A stretch of 64,000 bases of DNA from Dicyema japonicum (Eukaryota > Animalia > Dicyemida): assembly GCA_011109175.1 (NCBI GenBank), contig RDEW01000028.1:134673-198672 (forward strand). Reading direction: 5' to 3'. The notes below the pieces were generated by a model. The model worked only from the letters and a program-made list of their open reading frames with translations, did no database searches and was not told the DNA's origin. Position numbers and translations under genes: made by a program. The first letter of the stretch is position 1. Every line of letters starts with the position of its first letter. This document shows, one piece after another, positions 9,741 through 22,240 of this stretch.

Positions 9741-12085
9741 ATATTTATAGCCCCGCATGTGCAGCAAATAATATAAGAGAATTAGATAGGTTGCTCCAAG
9801 CTCTTCTGTTCTTTGCTAGGTCCCTCAGTGAGTCCAGATCGTCACCAGATGCCAATGTTTTTTTCACGGCTTTCAGATCGTTTTGTAGAACGACCGGGAG
9901 GGTAGTTCTCGGTCTTTCACGAAAGCGTTTTACATTGGAGGAGTAGTAATCTTCCATTGCGATATTCGGAAGGGGTATCGGGACCAATTTCAGGACGTGT
10001 CCAAAAAGTCTCCAACGAGAGCTAATGATGTCGTGACTAAATGGTGTACAGTCACACTTATTGTACAGTCCATTCCGCGAAATCTTGGATGGCCAGGACA
10101 TTCCAGTTATGTTTCTTAGATGATTCCTGTGAAATGAGTCTAGCCTTTCCAATTCCTCTTTAGAGGTGGCCCAAATCCCAGAGTTGTATAGTAGGATTGG
10201 TTTGATGAAGGTGTCGTATAACATAATCCTTTGTTTTATGTTATATCCTTTCCGTTTTAGCCAAAGATTTTTTAGTCTGTGTAATGCCGCATTGCTAATG
10301 TTTTTCTCCGTATGATGTCTTCGTTATCTCCTAGTAGAGAGCCAAGATTCTTTATGTGTCTCCATTTCTCTTCGAGTGAGTTATTCATTCGTCTTATTTC
10401 TGTCCGTTCTGTTTTTTCCGTGTTCACGGTGAGAAACCATTTCCAAAGTATACCTGGTGCTTTTTCTATTACATGTTCCAGGAGTTCTTTGTCTTCAGAA
10501 ATTAGGTCGACATCATCAGCATAAATCACTTCTATTTTTTCTTGGTATAATGGTCTCAGTTCCTTCATAGCGGCATCAAATATATTGTGAATAGTAGCGG
10601 AGAGAGGGAGTCTTTTTGAGGAGTGCCTGTGTTTGTTTCAAAGTTTCTTGAGTAGGTTTTTCCAACTCTCATAAAGAGCTCTGAGTTAGATAGAAAGATT
10701 TGAATCATTCTTAGACTCGATTCGTCAATAAACCCTTCAATTTGTTCCTGTTAACCGAGTCAAAGGCTTTTAATAGATCTATTCCCAGAATGTGGGTGGC
10801 ATTGCAATATCTTTGATGTGTTGCACATCTCCATCTGTGACTCCAGACTGCATCAGCTGTTAATCTTTCTTCTCTGAACCCACTTTGACTTTTGGGTAGG
10901 TATTCATAGGCGGGTCCTTTTATTCTTTCCAATACAATGTTAGCTAAGACTTTCCGTAGAGAAGTGATAATATAATTGGTCGTAAGTTTTCAACCGGTCC
11001 TTTCGGTTTATTGGGTTTTNCCCACTTTGACTTTTGGGTAGGTATTCATAGGCGGGTCCTTTTATTCTTTCCAATACAATGTTAGCTTTGACTTTCCGTA
11101 GAGAAGTGATAATATAATAGGTCATAAGTTTTCAACCGGTCCTTTCGGTTTATTGGGTTTTTGTATAGGTATTAGTAATCCCGTTCCCAGGGGCAGAGTT
11201 GAGTTAGTTGAAAACATTTCATTTAGTAGTGTAGCGATTTTTTCAAAAAGGGGGTCAGGCCCGTATTTATGTAGTTCTGGGTTTATCGTATCTGGTTCAG
11301 GGCTTCTGTTATTTTTTAGTTTTTGACATGCTGGAGTTAGTTGAAAACATTTCATTTAGTAGTGTAGCGATTTTTTCAAAAAGGGGGTCAGGCCCGTATT
11401 TATGTAGTTCTGGGTTTATCGTATCTGGTTCAGGGCTTCTGTTATTTTTTAGTTTTTGACATGCTGTTTTTACTTCCAAAATTGAAATTGGTTTTTTAAG
11501 GGTCTAGACTTTCCTTTGAATGGGGGGATTGCTGTAGTCACATTAAAAAGTTTCTCAAAATGTGTTGCAATTACCTCTGCTTGCTCTTCAGTATTCAGTA
11601 ATGTCTTGCCATTTTTGTCTTTGATGATTATTCGTTCCTTCCGGTTTGTGTGGCGTAGTAAACGAGCGGCCATATCCCCTGAAGGACTTTTCTCTTGTTA
11701 AGGACTTTCTTTTTAATTAGTTTTTTTGTATGGATTTCTTTTAACTCCTTTACTAGTTCTGTATGTATCGTCCGACCCTTACTGGCCATCTCCCGCGTGC
11801 CGAGGTACTGGCTTGCTGCTTCGTTTATTATATACTTTGTGTGATCCCACGAAATTCCTACTGTTTGGTCCTTCAGATGAGAGCAGATGTATTTTTGGCA
11901 ATTTTTGACTGTGTCTGGATGAGAGATCAGTTTTCCCGTTACTTCCATACTGACAGTTTTCGATTTCAGTTGCTTTATCGTCCAAATATTTGTGCCAAAG
12001 GATATTTGATCGTCTTCTTATCAGATGCGATATTTGATTGCGTTTTCTCCTTAATGCACATTTATTCGAATTTGAACTTCTTTTG
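9740..12085 (-). mobile_element. RTE-like LINE, 5'-truncated, degenerate
   Basis: RSPEPD.I..EL.KY, KPNKPKGPVENL, QSGFR, LGIDLLKAFD, YADDVD, KPILLYN..RWRLFGHVL; single-N join and local duplications. Confidence 0.85.
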
Positions 12086-12190
12086 ACAAAGTTATTAAGT
12101 ATTTTGACGAATTATTAAATATTTTGACAAAGTTATTAAATATTTTAACAAAATTATTAAATTTTTTGACAAAGTTATTAAATTATTTGC
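12080..12190. repeat. about 21-bp minisatellite (ttttgacaaagttattaaata) x5
   Basis: Imperfect tandem copies followed by a CAGGG-type terminus on the minus strand at about 12222, so possibly hAT subterminal repeats. Confidence 0.7.
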
Positions 12191-12316
12191 ACGTTTTAAA
12201 AAAAATAAATAGGAAAACCCTGTATTAATAAAATACTATTTTTCAAATAAAAAAAATATTAATTTAAAATGAATAAAATTTTATTATCTGGATAGTTGAA
12301 TATCTCGTGCTAGAAA

Positions 12317-13841
12317 ATGGCTAGACATTGGCTTAACACAAACATCCGAACACTATCATTGGAAAATGTAGTCTCGGGGAGACTAAGCGATATTGAAAAG
12401 GCAGGGACAATGAAAAATGAAAGAATCATTTCGTCAGTACAAGGACCCACTATTGTGGTCTCCTCGCGCCCAAAAGCCGTCACTAATTTTTGTGCCAATA
12501 ATTATCTCGGCCTCTCTGTTTGCTGTTTTCGAATAGCTTAGGGACATCCCGAAGTTATCAACGCTGCGGTTTCCGCGTTGAAATCCCACGGGGCGGGACT
12601 TAGTTCTGTTCGGTTCATTTGCGGTACCCAGGTTAACATGATTATTTAAATTAGGACATTCACAAGAGTTTGGAAAATAAAATATCTCAATTCCATGGGA
12701 GAGAGGATGCTATTCTCTATCCTTCTTGTTTTGATGCAAACGCTGGACTTTTTGAGTCACTTTTGGGCTCTGAGGATGCAATCATATCCGACGAACTCAA
12801 TCATGCCTCGATTATTGACGGAATTCGTCTCTGTAAGGCAAAAAGACTGAGATACTCCCACAGAAACATGAAAGGGACTTGTTAATAATGAAACGTAGAT
12901 TTGACCGAAAAACTGGACTCTGTCTCCGATTCGAGGATCAAATTGATCGTGACTGATGGTGTCTTCTCGATGGATGGGAATGTGGCTCCACTTAGGTTTT
13001 CTAACAATGATTACTATCAGGGATATCATTGAGATTGCGAAGGAGAGGAACGCCTATACTTTCATCGACGAGTGCCACGCGACTGGGTTCTTTGGTAGGA
13101 CTGGAAGGTGACTGTAACGATGATGTTATAGGGGAACTGAGGAACATTTAAATGTCGTTAATCAAATCGATATTATAAATTCAACTCTTGGAAAGGCAAT
13201 GGGTGGGGCTGCTGGGGGATATACCACTGCTTCCTCCAATATAATTAAACTACTGAGGCAAGTCTCAAGACCTTATCTCTTTTCTAACAGTATTCCTCCA
13301 CCTGTGGTTGCCTCAGCCTTAAAGGTACTGAATATAAGCTTCCTCCAATATAATTAAACTACTGAGGCAAGTCTCAAGACCTTATCTCTTTTCTAACAGT
13401 ATTCCTCCACCTGTGGTTGCCTCAGCCTTAAAGGTACTGAATATAATGAGGGCAGGCATTTGAACTGATTATGAATAGTGATGAGTTTTTTAGCCAATTG
13501 CAGACCAATACATACTATTTCCGCGATGAAATGACATCCTACGGATTCAATTTACTCGTTAAGTTGCCTTAATTATTTCAGGGGGACAAAGAACACCCAA
13601 TATGCCCGGTGATGATGCCGGATGAGTTTACTGCCATCAAATTTGCGGATATGATGCTCAACGAGGACATTTACGTGATTGGATTCACATATCCTGTAGT
13701 TCCAATGGGTGATTTTGGTGTTTTTATCAAGGAAACGCAAGAATAAGAGTGCAGATTAGTGCCGCCCATTCGAAGGATGATGTTGAGAGGGCTATCAAGG
13801 CCTTTATTAAAGTTGGGAGATCTTTAAAGGTCATAAACTAA
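12317..13841 (+). CDS. GCAT: 2-amino-3-ketobutyrate CoA ligase (glycine C-acetyltransferase), mitochondrial
   Basis: [73 protein letters not shown] (PLP lysine), [21 protein letters not shown]; eight micro-introns; a 109-bp duplication inside. Confidence 0.95.
13229..13446. repeat. 109-bp tandem duplication inside GCAT (exon part plus donor site)
   Basis: Identical copies starting at 13229 and 13338. Confidence 0.9.
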
Positions 13842-13959
13842 TATTACAACTTTTAACTAATTGGGAATTTAATTGGTCTCACTAAAATTAATTGTATTTA
13901 GTGGTAGCCTTCTTAGAGAGATTAGTACATACACTACCTCTATTGTGGGAAGCCCTCTA

Positions 13960-15300
13960 GAATGATGAAGTGAAGTAGAGGGAGCTGAGGATCCTTTTTG
14001 ATGCCGTTCTTCCAATGGATTCCTCCTGAGAGATTTGAGTAACATTATTTGGACGAAGAAAAAAAGAGTCAGGGATCAGGAGGGAATTTTAAGCAAGTAG
14101 TGAGAGTGAGTGAAACCCATGACCATAGGTATGATATCCCGACAGCAAAAGTAACTTTATATTATTAATGGGTCCCTTATGAACATTATTTAAAGTTTAG
14201 TTATACGTATTATTATAAAAAATGGATGAATTATGTCTTGTGGTGGTTACATTCAGTTGAATAGAAGAGATGGCTGACTGATGTGGAGTGTAAATAAGGA
14301 TAAGTTTGCGGCTAACTTTAGGAGGATAATGATTTCCAACGATTTGGGAGGATTGCTGAACCCATCAGCGATATATTGAGTTAGCGAGATGTGTTGAATA
14401 TTGTGGACGAAAGCCATGTTGATGTGAAGAGAAGATTATTAGTTTTGATACAACACGTTCAACAATTTTCGATACTACAGATAGTAGTGAAATCGGTCTG
14501 AAAGATCCCGGATTCGAAGGATCTTTCTTGGGCTTCAGGATTGGGATTATTTTGGATTTTTTATGATGCAGGAATTCGGTAGTTGTTGGTGGAGACAGAA
14601 ATGATGTTTGTTATTGCCTTAAGTCCTTGCATTCCGAGTTACCTTAAATGCAGAATCCATCAAGCCCTTTGGCAGGTCAGAGTGAAGGTCATATATAACT
14701 TTCCAGGATATGAAAATAGCGATGGAGAACATAGAGTGTATTGGAGTGTCCGGCTTTGGAAGTTGTCTGAGTGTGTGATTTTTGTCATTGAAGATAACTA
14801 TTTGAGAAAGTATCTGAATTTGGGAATATTGTTCCGTACAGTGACCTTGTGGTGGGATGTAAATATTTAAAAATGTGTACGTTGTGTTAATTATTTTGAC
14901 CAGGACTGAAGTATATTCAATGTAATTGTCACCATCAAACAGAGCGTGTTTCTGGGTGGAAATATCAGAGAAAGGAATAGATTTGTTTATGAGTACATTG
15001 TCATTGAATTCGGTCGATCACGGGTGATAATTAAATAATTTTTGAAGGAAGAATTGATTTTCTGGATACTTTATTTTTTTCTATGAGGGCAATATCGATT
15101 TTGTGGGTAGTGAGAAAGGCAACAAGTTCAGTGGATTTGTGTGCGAGGCTTGTGGTGCTCAGTGTTCTGTTTGATGTCTTAAATAATACTTGTGTTTTTC
15201 AAATGCATAAAATAATCCACAGATTTGAATAGTCCGGTGCTTGGAAGTAAAATGTATATTTAGTTTGCTAGGAACCATTTATTTAATTTTGTATTTGGCT
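13960..15300 (-). mobile_element. I/Ingi-like LINE APE endonuclease region, degenerate
   Basis: SLAHKSTELVAFLTTHKIDIALIE, IITRDRP, FLNIYIPP, with many stops. Confidence 0.55.
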
Positions 15301-15917
15301 GGCGGCGCACCACTTGACAATCTCTGACATAGAAAAGCTATAATTCCATTCCCGCCGTGTTTGTATGATCCGAGATACTAGTCTCTCCCACCATCTCCTA
15401 TTCGATTCCAGACTCCACAGACTGTTGAGGTATTCACCGTCTCTTAGTTCTATGTTTACTGATCTCAAATTTCCATTAAGGACTTCAGGAATGAATTAGA
15501 CACTTTGGAATTTTGGAGATTTCAATTGGGCTCCTATTATCCTCACAAGTTCCTCGAACGGAGTTGGTATTAGCGGGGAGGAGAACCTGTCTAGGATCCT
15601 CGTGACTGTTTCTCGGAAGATATTGATTTTATTTAGGTTCTTATAGATATTGAAAATAAAATAATCAATAAAATAATTTTACTATAAATTTTATAAAATT
15701 AAAATTAAATAAATTAAAGTAAAACGTAATTTGTAGTAAAAATAAAAATTTGAAATAAACTAATGTCCATAGCATACAAGAGGGATTTGGTGCCTTGTTT
15801 TATTAAAATACTAGACAAAGATAATAAGCAACTTCGATTACATTTGTCGGGGCGAGGGTAGGGAGTTAATGTACACGAATAAAGTTTAGTTGGTGATATT
15901 TTCAGCCGCCTTCTGAA

Positions 15918-17646
15918 ATGGTAAAATTGAGTGAGGGATGTGGCTTTTCCCTAGAAAAACTGAATGATAATATATTCGTTGAAGTGAGGAACAAGGGGGC
16001 CTATCTCTTCGAGTTTGAAAAGGATCGACACTTTTTATCGAACTACTACAGATTATATGTGAGCAAACAAGTAGTGGTCGCTGACATTTCAGCCTCATCA
16101 CAACTTTATATCCTTCTGCAGTAATCTGGGAATTGTGGTCGTGTCTGTTATTTCCAGCAGAAGCATATCAGATGTCATCCTCAGGTATCCACTTGTATGA
16201 CATGATAGGACAACAAACTGTTGTTATGTGGTGAGAACTCATTCTAACAAGGATGTGAAGACTATTGTTCTCGGTGTCTTACAGGTATCTCCAATGCTAA
16301 GCGGCAGACACTCACTCGTGGCAAAAAGGAATGGAGGAAACTCGTTAAAATATGTGATAAGGCGATACCACGTGCCCTCATGGACTTGGATAGGGCTCTT
16401 CTGCCCAAAAGACACAGAATTGGGGTTTTGTACCAAAAGTATGGACAGGTATATTCTCTTCTACCACCTTTGAGGTAACCGAGGGTGAAATGCTGGCGAA
16501 CGAATTAACTGACAACTTTAGCGAATTTTTATCTATTCTACGATCCCCCAATTCTTATGAAACTAAGAGTGAGACCCTCTTGCTGAAGAACAAAAAATTA
16601 GCTGGGAGTTTTGAAACTTTTTCGACAAAGGATAACATAGTGAGTGTGAAGAATGAGGGATCCCCCACTGAAAACGGTGATAATCTTACGATTAAAAGCT
16701 TCTTTGAGGAGTTTGAGTTAATATTCTATGTATCCCCAATGATGTCTTCTTTGAGTGATAAAGTCTGCCTTTGCTAACTTTAGAATATTATTAGGAAGAG
16801 ATTTGTTGGGAACTGTCCCGTGGTGCTGGTCTTCCAGGAAGAGGGATGTGTATTCGGTGTGGATATGTTCCCCTCGAAGGTCGTTCAGGTGTTCATTGTC
16901 GTACAGCGGGATGGGACGGGAGTATACTCAGTTATGTGTTTTCTGTATTTGAGACCACCTGCTTGTATCGGGAGTCAGTGCCCAAGTTCGGTCCCAGTTC
17001 TTCAATTTGGGGTCACAATCTTCATTTCCGACAATTTTTGATGACGAAGGTCCTAAATGCTTCATTTGCTGCTCATAAATCGCCAGAGATGCTGTCACTT
17101 CAGATTAGAGCAAGGGGATCCTCTTTGGCTAATTTGTGGAGGTTGTCAGGATTATCCTTTAAAATCTCATGTTTTGAAACTGATCGATTGAATTTAACCC
17201 CAACTATATTGGTCACATTTGTTTATTACTTAGATATCGCCAGAGTTGGTTGTCCCCAACACGCAGTTCTGTTATCCTCCCTTCTTCGTGTATGTCCCTA
17301 TTATTGAATGCTAGTGACTGCCGAGTTATTAGATTTGACTGGCAGAGTAAATTGTTCTCCCAGATTTTCAATTTATCAGAATTGCACGCCAATTATGTGT
17401 CCTCCCACATGAATTATTCGATGTATTTATTGTGACTAATGCAGTACATTGGGGAGATGTGCTGAGTATAATGAACAGGTCGATGGAATATGTGACTCCT
17501 CAGTACTTTACTCGTATAATCTATTACCAAACTTCCCTTCCCATGTCCTAAACAAGTTGTGTGTGGGTAATTTAGTAGACGTGAATATTACAATGAAAAT
17601 AATATTAGATTTCTCAATCCTAGATAATTTATATATATTTTTATAA
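15918..17646 (+). CDS. RAP1GAP: Rap GTPase-activating protein (Rap1GAP family) with unrecognised C-terminal extension; 3' end tentative
   Basis: Spliced: HHNF..LGIVVVSV..RHRIGVLYQKYGQ.TEGEMLAN..FSEFL..LIFYVS..RKRFVGN(catalytic Asn)..VLVFQE..VFIVVQ..RESVPKFGP..FRQFLMTKVLNA; introns of 21-26 nt. Confidence 0.8.
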
Positions 17647-17915
17647 ATTTACCATTTATTACATGTTCACTATTTGTGCCTTCTAAATAATATGCTTCGT
17701 TAAGGCATCCACTCTGTGTCGTCGATGTACAAAATCACTTCCTGTGAAGACTCTACACCTTTTATGGAGTCGAGCAGATCATATGGTTGTGGATTTCGGA
17801 AGTTCTGTCAAGGGTGAAAGAATCCACTATGTTCATCCGTATTACTATCTGAAAATTAACGTTTTTTCCTTAGTCATCGGTCCCCAATCGACTTCCTGTG
17901 TAGGTACAAGCGAAG

Positions 17916-19902
17916 GGTACTAGGACATTTGGACGACAATTCAATTAATCATAAATGATCCAAAAATACACTATGTATTTTAATAACGGTAAAAAATGGA
18001 ATTTACACAAACCACCCGTGGAAAGAGAAAACTTGTGCATGATGGCTATGCGTACATTATGGATAGACAGAGAAACAATGTCATATATTGGAGATGTGAG
18101 CTGAAAGGAAAATGCAAAGTAAGAACTGTCGACGAAGAACTTAATGGAACTATGACACCACACGAACGTCCACTAAATGCAGGACGTTTACATGCGCTGA
18201 AAACCGTCAATACGATGAAGAAAAGAGCGAGAGATTTTGAAGAAACTACATCCACAGTTATCCAAAATTGTTTAAGCATATACCCTATTGATGCTGCTTG
18301 TGCGCTACCCAAAAAAGAAACCATTGCATGTACTGTTGGACGACAGCCTACAGATCAAATACAAGACTGTAATGTTCTAACTGATGAACTTAAAAGTACT
18401 CTCAGAGGATATGATTTTGTGCTACACGATAGTGATGGATTGCTTATATTAACAACAGCAAGAAACCTTGATCTTATATCTATGAAAGAACATTGGTTAT
18501 GTGTACATTTAATTAAGCTCCATTAGGTTTTCAGTTATACAAATNATGCTGCTTGTGCGCTACCCAAAAAAGAAACCATTGCATGTACTGTTGGACGACA
18601 GCCTACAGATCAAATACAAGACGGTAATGTTCTAACTGATAAACTTAAAAATACTCTCAGAGGATATGATTTTGTGCTACACGATAGTGATGGATTGCTT
18701 ATATTAACAACAGCAAGAAACCTTGATCTTATATCTATGAAAGAACATTGGTTATGTGTACATTTAATTAAGCTCCATTAGGTTTTCAGTTATACAAATT
18801 TTACATTATGTAAAACATGTACGGTTCCATTAGTGTACTCTATTGCTCGAGAAAAATCTCAACAAATGTATGAACAAATATTTTCAACACTGAAAGAGAA
18901 AAGGCCACAATTGAATCAACTATCATTTACCATAGATTATGAGAGAGCAGCGATCAATGCTATCAACATAATTTTTCCAAATGCAAATGTGTATGGCTGC
19001 TACTTTGGGCAGTGTTTATAGCGAAAAATACAAAATCTAGGATTGCAGGCATGATATAATGACCCAGCAAATGCAAACTTAATTAAAAGTATTCAAGCAC
19101 TGGCATTTGTTCCTGTACCTCAGGTCATTGAAAGTTTCCGAGCGCTCTTTGAAACTATAGATGACGAGACTGATGACGTGTTGGGAGATTTTCTGACCTA
19201 TTTTGAGACAACATGGATCGGAGCCTTGCATCTTGGAAGAGAAGAAGTTTAAAAATGTGGAATGTACACGACAGACAGGCAGAAGGCTTCCCAAGAACTA
19301 TGAATTCACTTGAAGGATGGCACAGATCTTCTTCACAAAAAGTGTCTATAGAACATCCAACCGTTTGTCGGCTTGTTGCAAAAATACGAAAAGAACAGTC
19401 AGAGTGGGAGCTCACAGTAGAACAAGTGATGGCCGGAGCGTTGGATTTATGAAGATCAAGAAGAAGTACCAGGATGCCAACAAAAGGATAAACAGTATTG
19501 GAAAATATGAATACACTCCAGTAGAATTTTGGAGTGTGCTCTCTCATAACCTTTAAGTAAATCTTAACTGTTTCACCTACAGAACAATGAGTATTGATGT
19601 AACTTTTTAGCAGAAGTACCAGGATGCCAACAAAAGGATAAACAGTATTGGAAAATATGAATACACTCCAGTAGAATTTTGGAGTGTGCTCTCTCATAAC
19701 CTTTGTAAATCTTAACTGTTTCACCTACAGAACAATGAGTATTGATGTAACTTTTTAGCTCATTTTATTTCATGTTTTTATATTGAATTTTAAAACAATA
19801 TGCTAATAAAAAGTATGACATATTTCTTTGTTATTTGTGCTAATTTTCCTTTAGGCCAAATGTCTGTTGGCTAAATGTCTGTCGGCCAAATGTCTGGACA
19901 CC
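17916..19902 (+). mobile_element. MULE (Mutator-like) transposon with FLYWCH domain, inactive
   Basis: FLYWCH-like RGKRKLVHDGYAY..IYWRC; FTIDYERAAINA; YGCYFGQC; RTMNSLEGWH. Imperfect TIRs (ggtactaggacatttgg vs ggtgtccagacatttgg) and a 9-bp TSD caagcgaag (17907-17915) / caaccgaag (19903-19911). Confidence 0.9.
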
Positions 19903-20149
19903 CAACCGAAGCCACTTCCGGGAATCTGCCTAGTCTCTCAATTGCACGAAATTTTATTATTGGGCTTTTTCGATTAACCTTATTAAAATACGTGACAATT
20001 TATTAGAAATCCGAAATATTCTAGCCATCTAATTAATTAACAACTTCCGGACTCTCCAACCAGTCCATCAGCCATTGCGATTTTCTTGCTAGCATTTCCG
20101 TTTCTTCCCCCCATTTTCTGGACCATCCAGCTCTTTATAAGTGTCATGT

Positions 20150-20760
20150 TCCATCCTACCGACTTGTAACCAATAAGAAGATTCCTCACCACTCTCCAGT
20201 TTTTATTGATCCTCTTTGTTAATTCATCCAAGTCGTGCTTATATTCGATAGTCATGTTAGGGTCTTTTTTAGCGCAATCGTTTGGATGTACGCTCGATTG
20301 CTACCCGTAATTCTAATGATGTTCACGTCTGACTTGAAAAATCTGGAGACAANAAGAAGATTCCTAACCACTCTCCAATTTTTATTGATCCTCTTAGTTA
20401 ATTTATCGAAGTCGTGCTTATATTCGATAGTCATGTTAGGGTCTTTTTTTAGCGCAATCGTTTGGATGTACGCTCGAGTGCTTCCCGTAATTCTAATGAT
20501 GTTCACGTCTGACTTGAAAAATCTGGAGACAATCCCAGGTCAGAACAATGGGCAGTATTTTCACTTTGGCTTGTTATATGATCACTAATTCGCTGGCAAG
20601 AATATCATATTTATGAAGTTTTTCTACTTTAACAGCCTTAAGATTGTCCATTGATGTTACTTCAACCAGCCATATTTGACTTAAAATCCATGATATTATA
20701 ATGTTATGGGTTTATTTAGAAAATGGGCATTTATCAGTAAAGAAAAATAGAAAATGCACA
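20150..20760 (-). mobile_element. 3' end of an RLE-type non-LTR retrotransposon (R4/NeSL-like)
   Basis: IWLVEV.TSMDNLKAVKVEKLHKYDILASEL...AKVKILPIVLTWD.IVSRF..RAYIQTIALKKTL; partly duplicated across a single N. Confidence 0.55.
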
Positions 20761-21139
20761 AAACATGTTTTTAAATATAAGGAGGGTGGTTTGCAATAAC
20801 AATACACAAAAGTAATAAATTCTACAGGAAATTATAGGTAATTTAAAAGTACGTGCATACTACAAGAAAGTTATTCAAAGGTATGGTTAATGAAGTAGAG
20901 GAATTATAAATTTAGTTTTATTAGTACTAACCATATAGTGTGTGCCACAAAGAAGACATTTTCATAAGGAATTGAGCCACAGTAAAGGAATTATAAATTT
21001 AGTTTTATTAGTACTAACCATATAGTGTGTGCCACAAAGAAGACATTTTCATAAGGAATTGAGCCACGCTTTTAAAAGATAGAATTCTGTTCATTTGATT
21101 TTTAAGTTATCGTATTATTAAAAACACTCCCGAGAAAAC

Positions 21140-22240
21140 ATAGTTAATTAGTTCTCCTTGTGCCATATTCCTAATCATCCTTTCCGTCATCCTCGACCAT
21201 CATCTTCTGTTTTGCACTAGTTCTCTTAGGTCGTTCCGGTAGTCCGCCCAAGTTAGTCTCATACCAACCGCCGACAGGTCTCATTCAAGATAGTCGGAAG
21301 TGTCAAGGTAGACAACAAATAGGACAGGGGATAGCGAATCCCCTTGTGGAACTCCACGTCAAGTCGGAAAAAAGTTGGAAGCACATTTTCCAATTTTGAC
21401 AGAAAGATGAGTGTTCTGCGTGGGCAGTGTATTATTTTAACGTCTTCAGGGTGAAGAAAACTCTTCAGAACTTTTATAAGTTTTCCCCGGTGTACCGAAT
21501 CGAATTAAGGGGACATACCAATTCCAAGTATTTCAATAGATTGTTTATACTTTTGCCATAAGGCACAATAATGTCAGTGACCCACACTACATCGGTTGTA
21601 AACCTGCCTGTCTGAAATCTACATTTGCCGGGAATTTGTTCATTTTGTTATTTATCCGGTTTAATGCAATTAGAGACAGTGTTTGCATATGGAAGTTAGT
21701 AGAATTATTGGTATAAGCTTACAGAGGAAACCTTTAGCTTTCCCGGGTTTTGTAATGGTATTAGCCACCCTTTTCCAAGTTCCAACGCATTGTCTTCCTG
21801 GAGAGATCGATTGAAAACATTGATGATCATTTTGGCTAGCTCCTCCGGGGCATGTTTTAAAAGTTCTGCGGGGTATTGTCTGGTCCTGCAAATCTTCCGG
21901 TATTTAGTTTTTCAGTAAAGAGTTTCCGAAATGGTTATTGGGTGCAAATGTGTGGATTTGTCAGGTTTGAGTGGTTTCATTGTGTAATCAGTTTCACTGT
22001 GCATTTTGAATATATCAAAGTGTGAAGCCATTATATTAGCTTTATTAACGTCACCAATAGCAGTATCACCGAGTTTTTCATGGACAGTGACTGAGGTCGA
22101 ACTCATCCCTCTGTTAAGTAGGCAAATTGCTCTCAACATCCTTGGTCCGTCCTTATATTTCGTTATTTCAGATTTTTTGCTTCACTTCTGGCAAGGAATT
22201 TTGTATTTGTTTGATCAGGTAAACACTAATTAATAGGAAA
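21140..22240 (-). mobile_element. RTE-like LINE, internally deleted
   Basis: RAICLLNR, MASHFDIFK, KPGKAKG, GVPQGDSLSPVLFVVYL and the family 3' end motif ggcacaagg. Confidence 0.75.

Noticed and set aside
12080-12190. CRISPR-like array (also 61025-61120)
   Set aside because: Contiguous degenerate tandem units without unique spacers, in a eukaryotic context with no cas genes.
12317-13841. Bacterial kbl contamination or recent HGT
   Set aside because: Eight spliceosomal-type introns and an N-terminal extension fit ordinary mitochondrial GCAT.
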